Origin: Blastocladiella emersonii ATCC 22665
Taxonomy: Eukaryota > Fungi > Blastocladiomycota
NCBI GenBank assembly: GCA_025594325.1
Contig: JANHCV010000004.1
Location: forward strand, 2,449,225 to 2,513,224
DNA: 64,000 nt
Direction: 5' to 3'
Below the pieces are notes generated by a model. The model was not told where the DNA came from and ran no database searches. It worked only from the letters and a program-made list of their open reading frames with translations. Shown piece by piece: positions 57,130 through 64,000 of the stretch (the stretch's first letter is position 1; the number at the start of each line of letters is the position of its first letter). A program made the translations under genes and the position numbers.

Positions 57130-60120
57130 ATCGGCAACGACCTGTGGGACGGGCTCGTTGCCGCGAGAACGTCCAAGGAGCTATCCCGCGCGCGTCGCAC
57201 ACGGCGCTGCTCGCCCTGTTCACGCCGTGCCTGCGCACGCGGTCCGCGCCCGCGTCGTGGAAGACGGGCCTCATCTACCTGATCCCCAAGACGAGCGCCG
57301 GGTTCACGGGCCACGCGACCAACTCGCGCCCCATCACGCTGCTCGAGACCGCGTCCAAGGTGCTCATCAAGATCCTGCTCGAGCGCGCCGCCGAGTCGCC
57401 GCTCCTGCGGAACCTCTTCTACGTCGTGTGCGAGATCAACCGGCTCACGGTCGAGACGGGCGACGCCGACCACGACGAGGACGCGCACGGGTTCGGCATC
57501 ACGCTCGAGGCCGGGTCGGGGCTGCGCCACGTCGGGCCCAACCGCGAGTTTGCGGCGCCGCCGTTCACGTTTCGCGCGTCACACCGCCAGTTCGACACGC
57601 TCCGCGTCGCCGCCGTCGCCTACATGGACGACGCCGCCTTCTGTGCATCCGACCGAGACCACCTGCAACGCATCGTCGACGTTGTGGACGACTTCAACGG
57701 GCTCATGCGCATCAACGCGAACCCGGCCAAGGGTGCGGTCCTCCGCATGCTCTCCAAGTGGGACGGCGGCGCGCTCACGGGCGGGCCCAACGATCCGCAG
57801 AACGCACCGCTCGTCGTGCGCGGCGTCGCCGTCCCCTGGGTCGGCAAGTCGCTCCGCTACCTTGGCGTGTTCATTGACCACGCCATGCTCGGCCGCGAAG
57901 CAGCCAACACGTGCCTCGCCGAGGCGCGCAAGGGCCTCGCCCTGCTCAAGGACCGCCGCATCACGGGCAAGGCCGCCGTGTACCTGCTCAGCGCCGTCTT
58001 CTTCCCCGCCGCGGCGTACCGCTCGCTGTTCCGCGTGCCGTCGCTCGCGCAGCTCGACCGCATCGACCAGTCGGCGCGCGCGCTCGTGCGCCGCGCAAGT
58101 ACAAGCTGCCCGACACGTTCCCCACGGCCATGCTGCACGACCGCGACATCATCGGCCTGCACTCGCCCGCCGACCTGATCACGCAGCAGCACGTCACCGA
58201 CCTGTGCGTCATGCTCAACGACCTGCGCCCGCACGGCGTGCCTGCGCGCTAAGAGCTCGGCATCCTCCAGTTCCAGACGCAGTACGCGTTCTCGCCGCTC
58301 GAGTGGCCCGACCTCGCGCTCGTGCCCATGTCCAACCAGCTGCCGTGCGTGTGGTTCAACAACCTGCTGCTGCTCATGCAGAGGCGCAAGATGTCGATTG
58401 TGGACCGCTGCCGCGACTACAACCTCATCGTCGCCGGCAACTGCACGCCCACGGTCCTCGTCGCGCCCGACATGACGGTGCGCGGCAAGAGGAGCCAGGA
58501 CCGCGCCTGGACCAAGAACCTGATCCGGTGGCTGCCCCTGTACACGCTCGAGACGCTGCTCGAGTACCCGCCCGACAACGACGACGGCCTCATCGGGCGC
58601 AAGTACACGCTGCCGATGCTCCGCCGCATGGAGACCAAGGACGTGCAGCAGCTCGTCAAGAAGTTCCGCGTGTCGCTCACGGAAAAGGGCAACGCGCACA
58701 TGAACGCCGACGACCGCCGCGTCGCCCGGATCCTGCTCGACGTGGCGAACCGCAACCACGCCCGGATCACGGACATCAGTCACGGCCGGGAAATGTACCC
58801 GCCCGCGCCGCCCATGGACGACGATCCGCCCGCGCCCGCCGGCGCGCCGCCGCTCGTCTTCCGCCACACCCGCCCCCGCCGCGCCGCCGCGCCCGTCGAT
58901 CCTGTCCGCGCCGTCGGGTCTGAGATCCTCCCACCCCGGGCAACATCGTCGCCGCGTACGCGGACGGCTGGTACGACGCGGACCGCCCGGGCCCCGAGGG
59001 CGTCGCACGCGCGGGCTCCGCCGCCGTGTTCCCGCTGCCCGACGGCTACGACACGGCCACACGCTTTGCTGTCGACTGCCGCGCGGCCGCCAACGGCGTC
59101 ACGGACGACGACGTGGGCCACATCGCCGCCGCCAAGCTGCCGCCCGGCCCGTTCTCGTCGACGCCCGCCGAGATCCACGCGTTCGTCCTCGCCGTGTCGC
59201 AGGTCGCCGCCGGGACCGCGCTGCACGTCTACTCGGACTCGCAGGCCGCCATCGAGGCCGCGCACACGCAGCTCTCGCTGACGGCGACGGTGCGCCAGCG
59301 CGTCCGGTGCGCGTCGAGAGACCTGTGGTCCGCGCTCCGCCACGCGCTGCGCGACCGCAACGTCAAGGTCACCTTCTCGTGGGTCCGCGGCCACGCCGAC
59401 GATCCGACCACGCCCAACAACGCCGCCAACTGCGCCGCCAAGGCCGCGGCGAACCAGTTATCCGCCACCGATGCGTACTTTTCGAAACGCACTCGCGCCG
59501 GGTCGGACCTCCACCACGTCCCCGACTTTTTTGACCACGAGATTGGCGGCGACCCGCGCAAGTTCATGCGCGACCTCGCGCAGGCCGAGTGCCGCGACGC
59601 GGTGCTCGCCGAGAACGTAGTGTACCTCGAGCTCGCGCAGCCGCCGCCGCCCGCGCCCGAGCCTGGACCCGCCAACGCCGCTGCGGCCGCTGCTGTGTTC
59701 GCGACCCGCGTCGCGGCGATCCCTGCCTGGGCAATCGCGCGCCGCGACGCAAAGGAGGTCGGCCAGCCGATCCCGGGCGAGGACGCGCTGCTGCCGCCTC
59801 TCGACTTGCCCGCCGCCGCCGCGGCCCGCCTGTCCGCCTGCGCCATCACGCGCGGCGCGGTACACGCGTGTCGCGAGTTCTTGGGCAGCCCGGCCGCCGC
59901 CGCCGCCGCGACCGTGCTCCACCCGCTCCCGTCCCCGCGCCGCCTCGCCGCTCAGCTGTACGACGCCGCCGCGTCGCTGCTGCGCTCGCGCATGTGGGTG
60001 CTGTTCGTCAAGTCCCAGGCCGACGCCCGGGTCCAGACGCCGCACCGCAACGCTCGGTACCGCCGCCGCCGCACCAAACGAGTGCACCCGCTCGCGCCCG
60101 CGCGCCAGCGCCCACGCGTT
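57130..60120 (+). mobile_element. Degenerate 5'-truncated non-LTR retrotransposon (LINE) encoding RT plus RNase H
   Basis: WKTGLIYLIPK...RPITLLETASK; SPLL.NLFY; AYMDD; LRYLGVF. RNase H motifs YADG, AEIHA, YSDSQAAI, WVRGH. RT domains between KILLER and SPLL are deleted; frameshifts at ~58093 and ~58940; stop at 58250. Confidence 0.88.
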
Positions 60121-60139
60121 GAGACCCGCGACCACCCAC

Positions 60140-61058
60140 AGGGCCAGGCCCGCGCCGACGTCGGGCTCGTTGGCGACACGTTCGCGCTCGCCGCCGCTGG
60201 GTTCACGTCGACGGTCGACGCGCTGCAGCTGTTCCGCCATTTCGCCAACGAGCGCGAGTACATTGCCCTCAACGCCGTGGCCGAGGAGCTCGCGCACGTC
60301 AAGACGGTGTGGGCGCTCCAGGGCGACGCGATCAACGACCAGCTCGCGGCGCTGTCGCGCACCATCTTCGCGCCCACAGCGGACCGCGTCGGGTGGGACT
60401 TCCCCGAGGGCGAGTCGCAGCTCGACGCGCTGCTCCGCCAGCTCGTCGTGTCGGTGGCCAGGCTCAACGGCGACAAGGAGGTGGTGGCCCAGGCCAAGGC
60501 GCGCTTCGCCCGGTTCGTCCAGGGCGACGCCACGGCCGTGCACCCGAACCTGCGCGGCGCCGTGTACGCGATCGTGCTCAAGAACGCGGCCGTCGGCTCT
60601 CGCACCGAGTTCGACGCCGTCAAGGCCATCTGGGAGAACGAGCCCTCGGCCGCGTCCCCGACACCAAGCTCATGGCCGAGCTGCTCGAGTATTCGCTCAA
60701 GGGCGGTAAGGTGCGCCCGCAGGACTTCATGTACCCGCTGCGCTCGGTCGCGGGCAACCCCAAGGGCCGCGCGCTGGCGTGAAAGTTTGTCCAGGACAAC
60801 TGGGCCCAGCTCGAGGCGCAGTTCAAGGGCTCGCTGTCGCTCCTCGCGCACTGCGTCGGCATCGCCGCCGACTGGGCCGACGCCGAGTTCGCCGACCGCG
60901 AGGTCCAGGGCTTCTTCGCCAGCAAGGACACCAACCACGTCGTCGACCGCGCCATCCAGCAGACGCTCGAGAAGATCCGCGCCCAGGCCACCTGGCTCAA
61001 CCGCGACCGCGACCGCGACGCCGTCGCCGCCTGGCTCGCCGCCAACGTCCAGAACTAG
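60140..61058 (+). pseudogene. C-terminal (ERAP1_C) fragment of an M1 aminopeptidase (Ape2/puromycin-sensitive type)
   Basis: VGLVGDTFALAAAG.TST.DAL, RVGWDF, LRQL, HPNLRGAVY, VRPQD..YPL, A*KFVQDNW, RAIQQTLEKI...ATWLNRD. No catalytic HEXXH domain; internal deletion/frameshift at ~60650; TGA at 60779-60781. Confidence 0.85.
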
Positions 61059-61274
61059 GCCGATGCCGCGCTGGATCAGATCGAGATGAGGAGGAAGAAG
61101 AGTTTTGTAACGGTGCAATGTAAGAAAACGGATTGTGTTGAACAGTCGGCTACGCAGCGACAAGAGAAGGAACAGCCCGCGCGTGGCGCGTGGCGACTGG
61201 CGCCGCGGCACCTCGCAATCCGCTCTCTCCCCGCCTCAGCGCTCCTCCATCCTCACGCCGAAGCACTTGCAGCA

Positions 61275-62069
61275 ATGGAATACAATGAACAGAAGCTACC
61301 TATTGAACTCCTCGAGTACATCTTGGTGCAGGCCGTCCAAGTCGACGACGACGCCACCAACTACCCGGCCTACTTTGCCGTTCTGACGCCGCCCAGTCCG
61401 GCGCTCTGCGCGATCGCCAAGCACCGTCTTGAGAACGAGCTCGCCTCCGTCCTCTATGTCGCCGTAACGCAACCCCACCGCGACCTGCTCAAGCTGTGGC
61501 GCTACCTCAACCTGCCCGCACACCCTGAGCTCATGAAGCAGCTGGTCAACAGCGTCTGCCGCGACGGCCACGCCGACGTCCTCGAGTGGATCGTGTGCGC
61601 GAGCGGACCCCTGTCGGGATACACGGTGCACGCCATGAACTTTGCGTCCATGAACGGCCAAACCAGCGTGCTCGAGTGGTGGAAGTCGTCGGGCAACCCG
61701 CCCATGTACTCGCAGCTCGCCTTCACGGGAGCCGCCAAGAACGGGCACGTCGCGGCACTCCAGTGGTGGCGCGACTCGGGGCTGCACGTCGGCGGGTTCA
61801 CGGACAAGATCATTGACGTGGCGTCCGAGTTTGGGCAGGTCGCGGTGCTCGAGTGGATGCTGCGCGAGTCCGGGTGGCCCGTCGAGTACTCGGTGGCGGC
61901 GGTCGACGCGGCCGCGGCGGCTGGGCGAATCGAAGCGCTGCGGTGGTGGAGCAGCTCGGGGCTCATGATCAAGGCGTCAGATAAGGGGATCAGCGAAGCG
62001 AGGAGGCGCGGGCTCGCCGCCGTCGTCGCGTGGTGGCGAGATGCGGGCCTGCCAGATCCAGACGCGTGA
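61275..62069 (+). CDS. F-box-like plus ankyrin-like (WW) repeat protein
   Basis: KLPIELLEYIL; repeats MNFASMNGQTSVLEWWKSSG, AAKNGHVAALQWWRDSG, ASEFGQVAVLEWM, AAAAGRIEALRWWSSSG. Confidence 0.85.
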   Translation: MEYNEQKLPIELLEYILVQAVQVDDDATNYPAYFAVLTPPSPALCAIAKHRLENELASVLYVAVTQPHRDLLKLWRYLNLPAHPELMKQLVNSVCRDGHADVLEWIVCASGPLSGYTVHAMNFASMNGQTSVLEWWKSSGNPPMYSQLAFTGAAKNGHVAALQWWRDSGLHVGGFTDKIIDVASEFGQVAVLEWMLRESGWPVEYSVAAVDAAAAAGRIEALRWWSSSGLMIKASDKGISEARRRGLAAVVAWWRDAGLPDPDA

Positions 62070-62338
62070 GCACCAGTCCCTGTCTGCTGCTAGCGTCGCA
62101 CGCATCAGCACGGGTCCGAATACAACTGAGGGCCAGCTGGTTTCTCTCCCTTTTATTCGAAATGTCTCCCGACCTTTCAGAGCCGAACAGCGCACCCGCT
62201 CCGACCGACCAACCGCGTTGCGCCACACTGGGCCGTCACGCAGCATCAGATGATCCGTGAAGTGCCGCTTGGTGCGTCCCTCGCTCACGGCCAACAGCCG
62301 CGCGGCTCGCTCTCCCTCCTCCTGCATCGGACACAGCC

Positions 62339-63172
62339 ATGCAATCCAATGAACAAAAGCTACCCACCGAGCTGATTGAATCGATCCTCGCGCACGCCGT
62401 CCGACTTGATAGCGACGCGGCGCACCTTGCGGCGTACTTTGCTGCGACCTCGCCGCTTGGCCCCGCGCTTCGTGCACTTCTCAGGTCGCGTCTCGAGCAG
62501 CTACGCAGATCCATCTTCAACGCCGCCCTCGAATGCGGGAACGTCGCGGTGCTTGACCTGTGGCGCGCACTTGTTGTACCGCTTCCCGTCGATCCTACGC
62601 GGATCGCCAACGCGGCGAGCCAATACGGCCACACCAACGTTCTGACGTGGCTCGCCAGCTGGAAAGGCACCGAACTCGAGTACAACGTGCACGCCATCGC
62701 GTTCGCATCGATCAACGGCCGCGCCAACGTGCTCGAGTAGTGGCGTACGTCAGGGTACCCGCTCAGGTTCACTCAGCGGACGATCCGTGGCGTGGCACGC
62801 AACGAGCACATTGAGATGCTGCAGTGGTGGCGCGACTCGGGGCTCCTTGTTGACAAGATGACCTTGAACCTCATGGACGCCGCGTCCAAGGTTGATGTAC
62901 TCGACTGGCTGCTGCGCGAGTCGAGGTGGCCCGCCTTGTACTCTGAGGCCGCCGTGGACGATGTCGCGGCTACTGGGCGGATCGACGTGTTGCGTTGGTG
63001 GCGCAACTCGGGCCTTCCACTCAAGGCGTTGGCCAATGGCATCGCGAGGGCGAGGAAACGCGAACGCGCTGATGCGATTGCGTGGTGGCACGAAGCGGGA
63101 CTCGCCGAGCTGGATATACTGCCACTGGTTCTGATTCCGAGTCCAAATGAATGTACTGGCGATGAGCAGTGA
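62339..63172 (+). pseudogene. Tandem paralog of the preceding ankyrin-like gene, with one premature TAG (62738-62740)
   Basis: KLPTELIESIL; the frame continues through VLE*WRTSG (paralog VLEWWKSSG) into ORF 62792..63172 without a shift. Confidence 0.85.
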
Positions 63173-63893
63173 AGTGGACCTGTACTTGAGCAAACCGCTG
63201 GAGTTTGATCAGACACGAGATGCACCACTCAGCCGGCCAGCGCTGACAGGAAGGACCTCAAGTGTGGCAGTGAACTCGTGGTCGCCCCCTCAGGCGCCCA
63301 ACACGGGCAAGCAGGATCGGTGGCGCGGGACACAAGGTCCATTCCGTACTCCTGCGAATAAGGACGTTGAGTGGATGGACATGGTCTAGTCGTTTATGAG
63401 GACAACAACGACAAGTTCCCGCTCGGATCGATCACCGCCGCATTCGCCCGCGAGGCAGAGGCACCTCAACAGTCACGCCCGAAACCATTTGCGTGAGGTT
63501 ACATGGAGATTATTCGTCTATAAAGAGCAGAACGGGCTACGGCGGATGCAAGTTCCTGGGCCGCGGCGGCGCGCTGCGAGCGAACGGGAGGTGTGGCGCC
63601 AAATGATCACGCGATTGAAACGCCAGTCGCGTCAAGACGCGCGTCAACCAGGAACTCGGTCGATCGAAGGCCAGCGGAACCAATACAAAAGTTCCATCTA
63701 ACCCGGTGGCCCGTGTCACTGACTGCAACTAGACGATGCAACGGATTACTGGTGGCAAAGTGTGGGGATGAAAACCAATGTTGCCAGGTCAGAAAATACG
63801 CGAGCACCGCTTCCGCAGCGACGACCTCACCGCTCCGTCACACCCCGTTCGTACGAACGACTTAGTTGGAATATACGAGTGAAAAGGCAAGTT

Positions 63894-63964
63894 AAAAAAG
63901 GGAAAAGGGGGAAGAGAAGGAGAGAAAGGAGGGGGGAGGGAGGGAGGGAGGGGGGAAGGGGGGA
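63894..63964 (+). repeat. 71-nt pure polypurine tract with GGGA repeats
   Basis: AAAAAAGGGAAAAGGGGGAAGAG...GGGGGGAGGGAGGGAGGGAGGGGGGAAGGGGGGA contains no pyrimidines. Confidence 0.9.
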
Positions 63965-64000
63965 CACTTTGAACCGCCATATCTCCCTCGGCTTTTGTCC

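Overview
GC-rich, gene-dense eukaryotic (fungal) DNA with short (~60-75 bp) GTRYG...YAG introns. An expanded 'VLxWW' ankyrin-like family, a MICU-type EF-hand protein and GDP-fucose synthase point to an early-diverging zoosporic fungus, most likely Blastocladiomycota (inference). Most of the window is housekeeping genes: LPLAT, CPSF6-like, SRP68, RMD1, RAB5IF, two class-3 lipases, GDP-L-fucose synthase, COX9, acyl-CoA thioesterase, RNF14/ITT1, VPS36, carnitine acetyltransferase, MCP1, SPO71-like, STF2-like, TRM61, a PPTase and MICU. The accessory island at ~34.1-45.5 kb is the most interesting part. It holds (i) three tandem, highly diverged, intronless paralogs of an unrecognised two-domain family; (ii) a ~3.2 kb Helitron2/Helentron-like element bounded by an 18-bp palindromic inverted repeat plus a 3' stem-loop, carrying a 5'-truncated PIF1 helicase; and (iii) immediately downstream, a Fanzor1 (eukaryotic TnpB-like RNA-guided nuclease) gene. 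The Fanzor has an intact D-E-D RuvC triad and zinc finger and an unusual Cys-rich N-terminal extension. It is disrupted by one stop, one 1-nt frameshift and a 28-bp hairpin insertion whose core resembles the Helitron terminal repeat, and it is followed by a structured omegaRNA-candidate region. A second accessory patch (57-63 kb) has a decayed RT-RNase H LINE fused in frame to an M1 aminopeptidase C-terminal fragment, followed by two tandem ankyrin-like genes. No rRNA, tRNA or CRISPR array was seen. All family assignments come from motif recognition by eye; no database searches were run.
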